Source: an uncultured Clostridia bacterium (GTDB lineage Bacteria; Bacillota; Clostridia; Christensenellales; UBA1242). From it: a DNA stretch of 64,000 nt. The notes under the pieces were generated by a model that made no database searches, had not been told where the DNA came from, and was given only the letters and a program-made list of their open reading frames with translations. The DNA lies in the NCBI GenBank assembly GCA_944383355.1, contig CALWPF010000002.1, positions 1,550-65,549 of the forward strand, in the 5' to 3' direction. Shown here piece after piece: positions 46,911 to 55,536 of this stretch. Numbering within the stretch: the stretch's first letter is position 1; each line of letters begins with the position of its first letter. The position numbers and the translations under genes are program-made.

Positions 46911-48950
46911 ATGCTAAAAACAAAATCTAAATTACTCTACTTAATTTTGATACTGGTCATAGTCTCTATCGTTTGTTACGCAAATTTTGAGACAGGCAAA
47001 GTTTTTGCGACTGACGCTGACAATGAAATAACCTATGTGGAAGTATCAACAATAGAAGAATTACAACAACTATACTCCAACGGTGAAAGGAATTTTGATG
47101 TAACCTCTACAATTACGATAACCGAAGAAGTTGAATTTGATGGGGTGACAATTTTTTGTAACCCTGCCCGTTCCAATAATTATTTTAATCTAAATGGTGG
47201 AACTTTAATTCTAAAAAATTCTACTATAAAATCAAACGCAGTATGGAGTATAGACAAAACTTCAGGTGCACCAGTACTCACTGCAGAAAACGAATTTAAA
47301 CCATCATTTCTCACAGGCAAGGGAAACCTGATTTTTATGAATACCACAATTTGTGACATATATAATAATTCTAATAAGAATTTTATAACCATGTCAGGCT
47401 CAACCGAGCAACTTTCAACCGTAGAATTTTTGAATTGCACAATAAAAAATTGTGCTTATAACCGAACTTTCTTTTATGGAACATACACCATATTTAATGT
47501 AGGGTCAAAATCTGCAGATGGCACACTCGGAGACAAATGCACTGTAACAAATATGCTTTGCAGAGGTAATGGAGCATTCTTACTAACCTTGTATGAAGGG
47601 TCCGAAATTAATCTTTATTCTTGTGATGTACTAAATAATAACTACTATGGTAACGGCTTTATTGCAGTAAATTTTACTGCAGTCTTGAGTCTTTATAGTG
47701 GAACATACTCTGGAAACAGTGGTTATTCACAAAGCGGAGGTAATTGGGGTGACCTGATACACCTATATAATGATACAAAATTTTATATGTACGGTGGAGA
47801 AATTAGTGGCAATAAAGGAGTATCTTGCATCATTGGTACAGGGCGAGAAGATTTAGATCTATTCCTCTATGGTGGATTAATCAAGGATAACGTAGGTGAT
47901 GAAAACAATGGATTCGTATCCTTAAGTGGTTCAATTACAGTTGGTGAGGATATGGTAATCAATGGAGATATTGACAGCTATGGTAGTGAATTGACTAATG
48001 ATGGTGAGATTAATGGCTTTATTAATATGACTACATATAACTCCCCTTCTCAACTACTAAATCGGGGTAAGTTATCTGGTAGCGTACAAATGGAAGAAGG
48101 CGATTTTAATAATACCGGAACTTTTACTGGAGATATAAGTATAGATGGGAACGGCGATGTTACAAATAGCGGTGATATGGATGCGAGCATAACTCTAATG
48201 GATGGCACCCTGACAAATGATGGCAATCTAATCGGTAGTATAACTACTCAAAACAAAAAAGGTGAAAATGATGAAGATATTGATGCTATAGGCAATATTA
48301 CTAACAATGGTAATATGAATGTAGATTTAACAATGAATCAAGGTACTCTACTAAATAATGGGACTATGAATGGTAGCACTCAAATAAATAAAGGTACATT
48401 GCAAAACGATGGCGAGTACAATTCTAGTACAACTATAAACAATGGAGAATTTACTAATAATAGGAATTCTACATGTAATTTTATGATTAATAACGGAACA
48501 TTTAACAACAATGGAACATACACTGGTGATATTGGCAATAATGGTGGAGCAATCAACAACAACACTAATGGCACAATCAATGGCAATATAAACAATGAGA
48601 ATGGTAATATAACAAATAATAACAATATAAATGCTGATATTACTATAAACAATGGGGGCTTACAAAATAATAAGGAAATAAAAGGTAATATAACAGCAAA
48701 TGGCGGTGAAACCATAAACAACAACATTATTAGTGGAAATATCACTGTAAATGAAGGAGCATATGTACGAAATGACGGCTCAATATATGGCAAAGTAACT
48801 GGTCAAATAGAAAATAATGGTACCATTTATAGCATGGATAATATAAACTATATTGAAATAATTGCAATTGTTGCAGCAGTTATTTGCGCTATCATAATAA
48901 TATTAATAGTAAGTATCTTATTCAAAAGATCAAGCATTAGAAAACTATAA
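46911..48950 (+). CDS. Surface protein with a beta-helix region, a long Asn/Gly-rich repeat region and a C-terminal TM anchor
   Basis: GGGAGA is 6 nt before the ATG at 46911 (MLKTKSKLLYLILILVIVSIVCYANF). The repeats are of the type G-x-(I/L)-T/x-N-(N/D)-G (TNDGEINGFI, TNSGDMDASI, TNDGNLIGSI, TNNGNMNVDL, LNNGTMNGST, QNDGEYNSST, TNNRNSTCNF ...). C-terminal TM IEIIAIVAAVICAIIIILIVSILF plus KRSSIRKL. Confidence 0.8.
   Translation: MLKTKSKLLYLILILVIVSIVCYANFETGKVFATDADNEITYVEVSTIEELQQLYSNGERNFDVTSTITITEEVEFDGVTIFCNPARSNNYFNLNGGTLILKNSTIKSNAVWSIDKTSGAPVLTAENEFKPSFLTGKGNLIFMNTTICDIYNNSNKNFITMSGSTEQLSTVEFLNCTIKNCAYNRTFFYGTYTIFNVGSKSADGTLGDKCTVTNMLCRGNGAFLLTLYEGSEINLYSCDVLNNNYYGNGFIAVNFTAVLSLYSGTYSGNSGYSQSGGNWGDLIHLYNDTKFYMYGGEISGNKGVSCIIGTGREDLDLFLYGGLIKDNVGDENNGFVSLSGSITVGEDMVINGDIDSYGSELTNDGEINGFINMTTYNSPSQLLNRGKLSGSVQMEEGDFNNTGTFTGDISIDGNGDVTNSGDMDASITLMDGTLTNDGNLIGSITTQNKKGENDEDIDAIGNITNNGNMNVDLTMNQGTLLNNGTMNGSTQINKGTLQNDGEYNSSTTINNGEFTNNRNSTCNFMINNGTFNNNGTYTGDIGNNGGAINNNTNGTINGNINNENGNITNNNNINADITINNGGLQNNKEIKGNITANGGETINNNIISGNITVNEGAYVRNDGSIYGKVTGQIENNGTIYSMDNINYIEIIAIVAAVICAIIIILIVSILFKRSSIRKL
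47950..48800 (+). repeat. Low-complexity Asn/Gly/Thr-rich coding repeats
   Basis: About 850 nt are dominated by aat, ggt/ggc and act/aca codons in degenerate ~10-11-codon periods. This explains the spurious L/P/F-rich antisense ORF 48380-48793. Confidence 0.75.
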
Positions 48951-49183
48951 AACTTAATAATTAATAAAAAACTACAAAATACACCTATATAATAAAAAAC
49001 AAGCAAGAATAGCCAAAAGTTATTACTTGCCTTTTTTATTTAACCACAAAGCTATATCACTACTCCATTACCAAAAAGATACGGTAAAATGTAAGGTTTG
49101 GAATATAAAATATAAAAAATGGTTGTATTTGATGCACAATTAGTTTATAATACAAGTAATTAATTTTAAAAGGAAGAAATAAC

Positions 49184-49666
49184 TTGCGTTGTCCAAACTG
49201 TGGTGCAAAATTTCAAAAAACAGCGAATATATGCCTGAAATGTGGCACAAAAATGTCACAAATTGAGCAAGCCTCCAATGAGGCTATAATAAAAGCTAAA
49301 AAGGAATACCAACCCGAGAAGGTAGTCTACTCTACTGTATTTCCAAAGGATTTGAATTACAAAAAAACTTTGTTGCTTGCCATATTTTTAGGAATGTTTG
49401 GTGCACACCGATATTACACAAAACAGTACTTATCTGCGATACTTATGTCGATTAGTATGTCAGTAACTATACTATTTTGGGGAACTCTAGGACTAATTTT
49501 TAGCGGAAATTTAAATGAACTAAATATCAGCCTAAGTGATGCAACACTGAGTGTATTCTGCAGTCTAACTGCAATAATTGGAGCAATCACAGTATTAGTT
49601 TGGGCATTCGATGTTTTAAAATTGGCGACAAAAAAATATAAAGTGCCAGTTGTATTGGCAGATTAG
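49184..49666 (+). CDS. Zinc-ribbon / TM2-domain membrane protein
   Basis: TTG start with an AAGGAAG RBS. N-terminal CPNCG...CLKCG zinc ribbon. TM2 signature [19 protein letters not shown] plus two further helices. Confidence 0.75.
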   Translation: MRCPNCGAKFQKTANICLKCGTKMSQIEQASNEAIIKAKKEYQPEKVVYSTVFPKDLNYKKTLLLAIFLGMFGAHRYYTKQYLSAILMSISMSVTILFWGTLGLIFSGNLNELNISLSDATLSVFCSLTAIIGAITVLVWAFDVLKLATKKYKVPVVLAD

Positions 49667-49673
49667 GAGAAAT

Positions 49674-50756
49674 ATGGATAAAAAAACAATAGTTGTAGGC
49701 ATGTCTGGAGGCGTAGACTCATCTGTAACTGCACTGATATTAAAAAAAATGGGTCACAATGTGATTGGAATGTTTATGAAAAATTGGGAAGAAAAAGATT
49801 CCAATGGCGTATGTACTTCGCAAAAAGATTACGATGATGTACGCAAAGTTTGTGATAAAATAGGAATACCTTATTATACAGTAAACTACACAAAAGAATA
49901 TTACGAAAATGTTTTTGAATACTTTTTGCAAAGTTATAAATCTGGTAGAACTCCAAATCCTGATGTACTTTGCAATAGAGAAATCAAGTTTGGACCATTT
50001 TTAGAAAAAGCTTTGAGTTTGGGTGCCGACTATGTAGCTACTGGGCATTATGCAAAAAAAGAAGAAAAAAATAACTTATATTATTTGCAAAAACCTGCTG
50101 ACAAAAATAAAGACCAAACATATTTTTTATGTCAATTAAATCAGCATCAATTACAACACGCACTATTCCCATTAGCTAACTTACAAAAAACCGAAGTAAG
50201 AGAAATTGCCAAAAACGCAGGGTTGATAACCGCTACCAAAAAAGATAGCACAGGGATTTGTTTTATCGGCGAAAGAAATTTTAAAAAGTTTCTATCCAAT
50301 TACTTACCAGCTCAGCCTGGTGAAATCAAAACACTAAGTGGAAAAACAATTGGAAAACATGATGGACTAATGTACTACACAATAGGGCAAAGACATGGTC
50401 TAGGTATAGGTGGCATAAGTAATACAGGGAATGGTGCATGGTTTGTAGTAAAAAAAGATTTAACTACAAACACATTGTATGTTAGCAAAAATGATTCTGA
50501 CGCCTTATACTCAAATGCGTTAAGTACTGAAAATTTTAATTGGATACCCAATATCCCTAGCAAAAAAGAATTTGATTGTCTAGCCAAATTTAGATATCGA
50601 CAACCAGATCAAAAAGTACATGTAACAATAAGCGATGAAAATGTGAAAATATATTTTGAGACACCTCAAAGGGCAATAACACTTGGACAATATGTAGTGC
50701 TGTATGATGAACAAGAATATTGTCTTGGTGGTGGTGAGATAGCAAAAATTTACTAA
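49674..50756 (+). CDS. mnmA: tRNA 2-thiouridine(34) synthase
   Basis: AGGAGA RBS before the ATG at 49674 (the ORF opens at 49650). PP-loop [11 protein letters not shown]. Also NPDVLCN, ATGHYA and DQTYFL. Confidence 0.93.
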   Translation: MDKKTIVVGMSGGVDSSVTALILKKMGHNVIGMFMKNWEEKDSNGVCTSQKDYDDVRKVCDKIGIPYYTVNYTKEYYENVFEYFLQSYKSGRTPNPDVLCNREIKFGPFLEKALSLGADYVATGHYAKKEEKNNLYYLQKPADKNKDQTYFLCQLNQHQLQHALFPLANLQKTEVREIAKNAGLITATKKDSTGICFIGERNFKKFLSNYLPAQPGEIKTLSGKTIGKHDGLMYYTIGQRHGLGIGGISNTGNGAWFVVKKDLTTNTLYVSKNDSDALYSNALSTENFNWIPNIPSKKEFDCLAKFRYRQPDQKVHVTISDENVKIYFETPQRAITLGQYVVLYDEQEYCLGGGEIAKIY

Positions 50757-50760
50757 AAAA

Positions 50761-50792
50761 TAAGCATACCATTTGGTTATGCTTATTTTTTT
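50761..50792. terminator. Rho-independent terminator of mnmA (bidirectional geometry)
   Basis: taagcata (50761-50768) pairs with tatgctta (50778-50785), followed by T7. An A6 run precedes it. Confidence 0.65.
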
Positions 50793-50801
50793 GTTTCGGT
50801 T

Positions 50802-50836
50802 CCAATTTGTAATTTTTTTTAAAATTACAAATTTGG
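50802..50836. terminator. 15-bp inverted repeat, probable terminator of ypeB
   Basis: ccaatttgtaatttt (50802-50816) pairs with aaaattacaaatttgg (50821-50836) with a one-nucleotide bulge. The stem is AT-rich and lies 60 nt after the ypeB stop. Confidence 0.4.
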
Positions 50837-50895
50837 TTATCAAATTTTCACTCGCGTTGCATAGTATGCATAGTATTACAAATAAAAATATGCAA

Positions 50896-52230
50896 TTACA
50901 TTAATAAATTACCATCATCGGTTTCCACTACCTTGAGAACATTACATTGTTCCCCAGTATTTGCATCAATATATACATAATAGGTCGAACCACTATAAAC
51001 ACACATAAACTCATAAGCCAAAATCTCCCCCACAAAATCACCGGGTATCAATGTTAACCTATCCGTGCGTATATCCATACTTTCACTGACAGCCATTCTA
51101 GCCTGCAAACCATCAATAGAGGCATCTAAATTTGCCCTTTCTCTATGATTGTATGCCCAACTTTTTGCCTCCCAGCCAACAACACTACCTGTTTCCTGTG
51201 ACACTTTTACTTTTATCAAGTCAGGATACAAGATCACATCATTTTGAACTGGTGTCAGATTGATATATGCAAAATTATTACTAGACGTACTCCAAGTAAC
51301 TACCATATCCTCAAAGCCTAATTTACTTGCGAATTCTACAGCCAAAGACTCGCATTCAGACAAACTTTTATCCTTGGATTTTGAGACCTCCCCGCTATTT
51401 AACTGCAATAATATTCCATCTCTTTTTGTTATTTGAGCATATAGCTCTTCATCATTTTTTGTTAGTGTGAAGTTGTAAACATCAAACTCTCCACCATTAA
51501 CTTCACCATTACTTGTAATTGTATACCCATTAAACCAATTTTTTAGTCTTATCTCGGCATCAGTTGCTGAAATCTCGCTTTCACTAAGACCCTGGATAGT
51601 TTTATTAGTAGTAGAGTCACTAAATGGACCATCATAAATTAATGAAGGATACTCAATTGTATTATTATTTAATCCACTCCATTCATCACTAAACGCATTA
51701 CTAGCCACATTGGGGTCTTGAATATTATCAATAATACTGTAGTTCCCATTACTTATCAATACAGAGAGTTTATTTAATTCATATTTCACATTTTCAGCAG
51801 ACGAATGCAAATTCTCTATCTGATCAATATCATCAAGACTCAGACTATCCCCCGAAGACATTTGAGTTTGCAATGAATACATGAAACCGCCCAACTGATT
51901 GACAAATTGTATTGTATTATCTATCGTTTGATGATTTAACGGTAATTGAGTTATATTATTTTGTGCCGAAGAACTTGCATTTAGTATATTAGAAACATAT
52001 TTACTAGCATTGTTATTATTGGTTGTGACACTCAATTTCCCCAAATCAGACTCAATATCATTCACATTATCTACCAACTCGTAAAAATTCATTCTATAAA
52101 CGTAGTCAAGTTGTGATTTGTAATTCCCCAGCATATTAGCCGTGCTTGCCCACGAAATCCCACCAAATGTTATACCACCAGCGATTACAACAGCAAGCGC
52201 AACTGTTAACACAATATTTCTTTTCTTCAT
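50896..52230 (-). CDS. ypeB: Germination protein YpeB
   Basis: 444 aa with an N-terminal TM. The N-terminal region (YKSQLDYVYRMNFYELVDNVNDIESDLGKL) and the C-terminal PepSY-like repeats are as in B. subtilis YpeB. It lies immediately downstream of sleB, the conserved gene pair. Confidence 0.85.
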   Translation of the reverse strand: MKKRNIVLTVALAVVIAGGITFGGISWASTANMLGNYKSQLDYVYRMNFYELVDNVNDIESDLGKLSVTTNNNNASKYVSNILNASSSAQNNITQLPLNHQTIDNTIQFVNQLGGFMYSLQTQMSSGDSLSLDDIDQIENLHSSAENVKYELNKLSVLISNGNYSIIDNIQDPNVASNAFSDEWSGLNNNTIEYPSLIYDGPFSDSTTNKTIQGLSESEISATDAEIRLKNWFNGYTITSNGEVNGGEFDVYNFTLTKNDEELYAQITKRDGILLQLNSGEVSKSKDKSLSECESLAVEFASKLGFEDMVVTWSTSSNNFAYINLTPVQNDVILYPDLIKVKVSQETGSVVGWEAKSWAYNHRERANLDASIDGLQARMAVSESMDIRTDRLTLIPGDFVGEILAYEFMCVYSGSTYYVYIDANTGEQCNVLKVVETDDGNLLM

Positions 52231-52238
52231 ATTACCTC

Positions 52239-52913
52239 CTAAATTGCAAAGTTATGTTTACCAATTGTGACCAAAATTTGTCGAGACCAAATCCATGAAC
52301 TAGTCGCAGTAGCAGGATTATAATAATATAATGCTCCATATGTTGGGTCCCAACCATTCAAAGCATCTCTGGCAGCATTGTATGCAGTTTCATCTGGCTC
52401 CAAATTAATTTGTCCATCTGCAACGCACGTAAAGGCATATGGCTGGTAAATTACACCATAGATAGTATTGGGAAACTTTGAACTCTCTACTCTATTAAGT
52501 ATGACGGCACCAACAGCAACTTGCCCGACATACGGCTCACCTCTTGCCTCAGCATAGATACATTTTGCCAAGTTGTACAAATCACCACTTGTCTGTGTAG
52601 TTAAGCTCATACCCAAGGCTTGAGCTGTCTTTGTCCCCACTATTCCATCAGCAACTAAACCATTTTTTTTCTGAAAACTGATAACTGCAGCCCTTGTTTT
52701 TGATCCAAAAATGCCATCGACCTCACCAGAATAATATCCCCAGTTTTTTAACTTAGTTTGCACTGTCCGAATCTGCGAAGTTGTCAAACCGGTCTCAATC
52801 ACCTGCTCAGAATAACTATCAATGGACACAGACAACCCAACAATACCAGCACAAAAGATCATAACTATACTCATAATTACGCTCACCAATTTAATAGAAA
52901 TTTTTTTATTCAT
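52239..52913 (-). CDS. sleB: Spore cortex-lytic enzyme SleB
   Basis: 224 aa. Peptidoglycan-binding domain ([31 protein letters not shown]) plus Hydrolase_2 domain ([49 protein letters not shown]). Confidence 0.9.
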   Translation of the reverse strand: MNKKISIKLVSVIMSIVMIFCAGIVGLSVSIDSYSEQVIETGLTTSQIRTVQTKLKNWGYYSGEVDGIFGSKTRAAVISFQKKNGLVADGIVGTKTAQALGMSLTTQTSGDLYNLAKCIYAEARGEPYVGQVAVGAVILNRVESSKFPNTIYGVIYQPYAFTCVADGQINLEPDETAYNAARDALNGWDPTYGALYYYNPATATSSWIWSRQILVTIGKHNFAI

Positions 52914-52916
52914 TAC

Positions 52917-53468
52917 CTACCTCCCAAAAAAATTCTTGATAGTATCCAATAACTTACTTTTGTAAACAACAGTATTGGAATCATTGTTCTCTCCACCAAC
53001 AAAACAAAGTGGAGGATAAACGACACACCACCAATTATCGCCAACGCCCTCTCCAAGGTACACAATCAAACTATCATAATATCCTGAATCTAAAGTTATT
53101 GTATCATAGCTACGTGTCGGAAAATTTTCTACTTTTATCTCCGCTCTAGTTTCATAATGAAAACCTTGGTTTACTAGCACTTCATTGCTAATATCACATA
53201 TTAATGGTAAATTATTGGAAACAATATTCATAGCATCATCTTTTGTTGTCGCATTAGCCAATAGTGGGGTCAATTCGCTCACAAGTCTGTCTTTTATTAA
53301 ATACTTCACATCCTGATCCTCCACGCTGTTGGAATTAGCTCTAATATGTATCCTAAAATACTCGTTTTCTGCTAAACTTACATTACTTTGTGATTGGCTT
53401 GGCATAGCAATTACAATACCTACCACCATGATGCATAATACTATGCATACTACAATACTAGATTTCAT
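52917..53468 (-). CDS. spoIIR: Stage II sporulation protein R
   Basis: 183 aa with a signal anchor. FRIHIRANSNSVEDQDVKYLIKDRL and GEGVGDNWWCVVYPPLCF match SpoIIR (B. subtilis has RLRILANSDSDQDQ... and GDGANWWCVLFPPLCF). AAGGAGGA RBS. Confidence 0.9.
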   Translation of the reverse strand: MKSSIVVCIVLCIMVVGIVIAMPSQSQSNVSLAENEYFRIHIRANSNSVEDQDVKYLIKDRLVSELTPLLANATTKDDAMNIVSNNLPLICDISNEVLVNQGFHYETRAEIKVENFPTRSYDTITLDSGYYDSLIVYLGEGVGDNWWCVVYPPLCFVGGENNDSNTVVYKSKLLDTIKNFFGR

Positions 53469-53518
53469 AAATCCTCCTTATCGAATACAATTGTTGCATT
53501 AAAAATCATTTTTAAACA

Positions 53519-53546
53519 TAAAAAACGCTGAAAACAGCGTTTTTTA
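53519..53546 (-). terminator. Rho-independent terminator of the DUF3794-like gene
   Basis: aaaaacgctg (53521-53530) pairs with cagcgttttt (35-44 of the same line, 53535-53544) around a 4-nt loop. The structure is symmetric A/T-flanked. Confidence 0.65.
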
Positions 53547-53570
53547 TGTTTAATGTGCATAGTATGCAGT

Positions 53571-55109
53571 TTAATTTATGTTCTTCTCTCTATAAATCAT
53601 TATTTTAGTAGGTTTGGTTATAGGGAATTCTAAACTAGGATTTTGTTTTTCAATTAGATCAGGAGATACTAAAAGAAATTTGGCAACGTCCCATAAGTCA
53701 TTAGCCTTATTAACAAAGTATATACCTATAGCACTATTTTCATTATCTCTTTTGTCTCCGAGTGTTATATCACTCAAAACAGCACTGTTGTTATCAGAGT
53801 TAGTTTCTATAGAAATAACTACATCTGCAATTATATCAATTTCTCTAGAACGTTTATTTCTCGCCTCTATATCATCAACTATTATTTTTAATGAATATAA
53901 ATCATTTTCTGCCAAACTCTCATCAGTTCTCAAACTCAAGTTAAATGGTATCTCTGCTAATACCGAACCAATTGTCCCCTCGTCATCTTCCAGTTGATAA
54001 ATTACATTGGTATACATTGTCCCCTCTAAGGTCAGTATATTATTTTCATTTATTGCATTCGAAACAATTGAATTAGAGGCTGTGGCTAATATTCTATCAA
54101 TTCTGGCATCCTCATTTGAAAGTACTATATTCCCATCTATTTTTTCATTGTATACTTGTTTATCTTTGTGTTGTTGTACAATAAAACTGCTAGTGCTAGA
54201 ATGCAGCTCATGTCGAGGGCAAAAAACATCAACAACGGCACTAAAAACTTTAGGTGCATAAACAAATATATTTGTTCGTAATTGATTTTTAATTTGCAAT
54301 ACACCCTTTGTACTATTTAATTCTCCTTGAACCTCATAAGTTGTGCAACAATCCTCTAGTGTAGCCAAAGCCATGTGGCCAGATTCCACTCCAGTAACTA
54401 ACACTTCTTGTGAAAATTCAATATTATATCTATGATTTTTTAATCTAGGTTTGTCCTCATTTGTGGTGTATATCAAATTCGCACTGATATGTCCATTAAG
54501 TGTCACCACATCTTTATCCACATCTACATCTGTTAATAACACATCACTTTCGACTTGTACAACAGAACCAATATTATTAGGTAACTCTACCTCGTTGAGT
54601 GTCTCAAATTCTTGAGTTGTAGTAGAAATTATATCTGTGTACTGGATATCGCCCATTCTTTGATGAGCAAGTTCATTTACTGATTGAACATACTTGATGC
54701 TTTGCTCATTTAATCCTAATACCTCTATTAATATAGACGCCGAAAAACTCACAGCACTATCCGTTGCTTGTATATTACCAATATCTAATAAACTAGCGGT
54801 AGCAAAAACACTTGTGTCCGAATTAATACCAGCATTCATAATGTGTTGATTAAAATTCGTAGTTCCTTCTAACGAAAAGAAATCTCCTTGAGAATTTACC
54901 AAAACTATTTTGCTACAAATTTTCCCTTCTATCAAAACACTTCCCTGAGCTGGCACTACATTACTTACACATGGCTTTGCCCCAACTGACAAAACCTGCC
55001 CAATTTTATTATCGTTACTATTTAAAGTAATGCTGACAGTTACTTTTTCTACAGTTATCTTTTTTTTGTATTTTGTCTTTAATTCATTTATCACTGGTTG
55101 AAAAGCCAT
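53571..55109 (-). CDS. DUF3794 (SPOCS)-like repeat protein with a C-terminal LysM-like domain
   Basis: 512 aa and beta-rich, with no signal peptide. The C-terminal YFVNKANDLWDVAKFLLVSPDLIEKQNPSLEFPITKPTKIMI follows the LysM pattern. Its position between veg and spoIIR fits a sporulation-associated protein. The family assignment is from memory only. Confidence 0.5.
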   Translation of the reverse strand: MAFQPVINELKTKYKKKITVEKVTVSITLNSNDNKIGQVLSVGAKPCVSNVVPAQGSVLIEGKICSKIVLVNSQGDFFSLEGTTNFNQHIMNAGINSDTSVFATASLLDIGNIQATDSAVSFSASILIEVLGLNEQSIKYVQSVNELAHQRMGDIQYTDIISTTTQEFETLNEVELPNNIGSVVQVESDVLLTDVDVDKDVVTLNGHISANLIYTTNEDKPRLKNHRYNIEFSQEVLVTGVESGHMALATLEDCCTTYEVQGELNSTKGVLQIKNQLRTNIFVYAPKVFSAVVDVFCPRHELHSSTSSFIVQQHKDKQVYNEKIDGNIVLSNEDARIDRILATASNSIVSNAINENNILTLEGTMYTNVIYQLEDDEGTIGSVLAEIPFNLSLRTDESLAENDLYSLKIIVDDIEARNKRSREIDIIADVVISIETNSDNNSAVLSDITLGDKRDNENSAIGIYFVNKANDLWDVAKFLLVSPDLIEKQNPSLEFPITKPTKIMIYREKNIN

Positions 55110-55175
55110 ATTGCCACCCTCCTAATCTTAGTTATAACTAGTCTATTATGTTAGATGGCGTTGTATGACAAAAAA

Positions 55176-55418
55176 TTATTTTTTGACGGCTATTTTAACA
55201 TCACCACAAAGAACCTCAGTAAAGCTATAAGATAATTTTTCTTCTTTTTCTTGATTAAGCGATTTTACCACAAACACACTATGATAAATATCCTCTAATA
55301 CTCCCTCATAGTGTACTATTTTGTTTCTGCCTCGATTAACTGACATAGAAACATCTTGCCCTTTTAATGCAATGATTTGCTTTTTGACTTCTTCTAAACT
55401 CATAGGCGGTTTCCTCAT
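55176..55418 (-). CDS. veg: Veg protein
   Basis: 80 aa. NRGRNKIVHYEGVLEDIYHSVFVV aligns with B. subtilis Veg [24 protein letters not shown]. GGAGG RBS 7 nt upstream. Confidence 0.85.
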   Translation of the reverse strand: MRKPPMSLEEVKKQIIALKGQDVSMSVNRGRNKIVHYEGVLEDIYHSVFVVKSLNQEKEEKLSYSFTEVLCGDVKIAVKK

Positions 55419-55470
55419 AAACAGTCCTCCATAAATTACTCAAAATAGTATTGACAATTAATAAAAATTA

Positions 55471-55506
55471 AAACAAAAAACCTAAGCAAAAAAATTCACC
55501 TAGGTC
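55471..55506 (-). terminator. Rho-independent terminator of tkt
   Basis: The minus-strand RNA reads ACCUAGG-(11 nt)-GCUUAGGU, a 7-bp stem with one G-U pair, followed by UUUUUGUUUU. Confidence 0.5.
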
Positions 55507-55536
55507 TTTTCCGTAAAATTACACTACTAATTTTAT

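Noticed and set aside
48380-48793. 137-aa L/P/F-rich minus-strand ORF
   Set aside because: It is the complement of the Asn/Gly-codon repeat region (AAT and GGT read backwards). It is a compositional artefact.
53469-53570. Reading the TGCATA half-sites of the palindrome as sigma-F/sigma-G -35 elements for spoIIR
   Set aside because: The spacing to any -10-like element does not fit either the sigma-F consensus (GCATA-N15-GGnnAnAnT) or the sigma-G consensus (GnATR-N17-18-CATnnTA). A terminator also lies between the motif and spoIIR.
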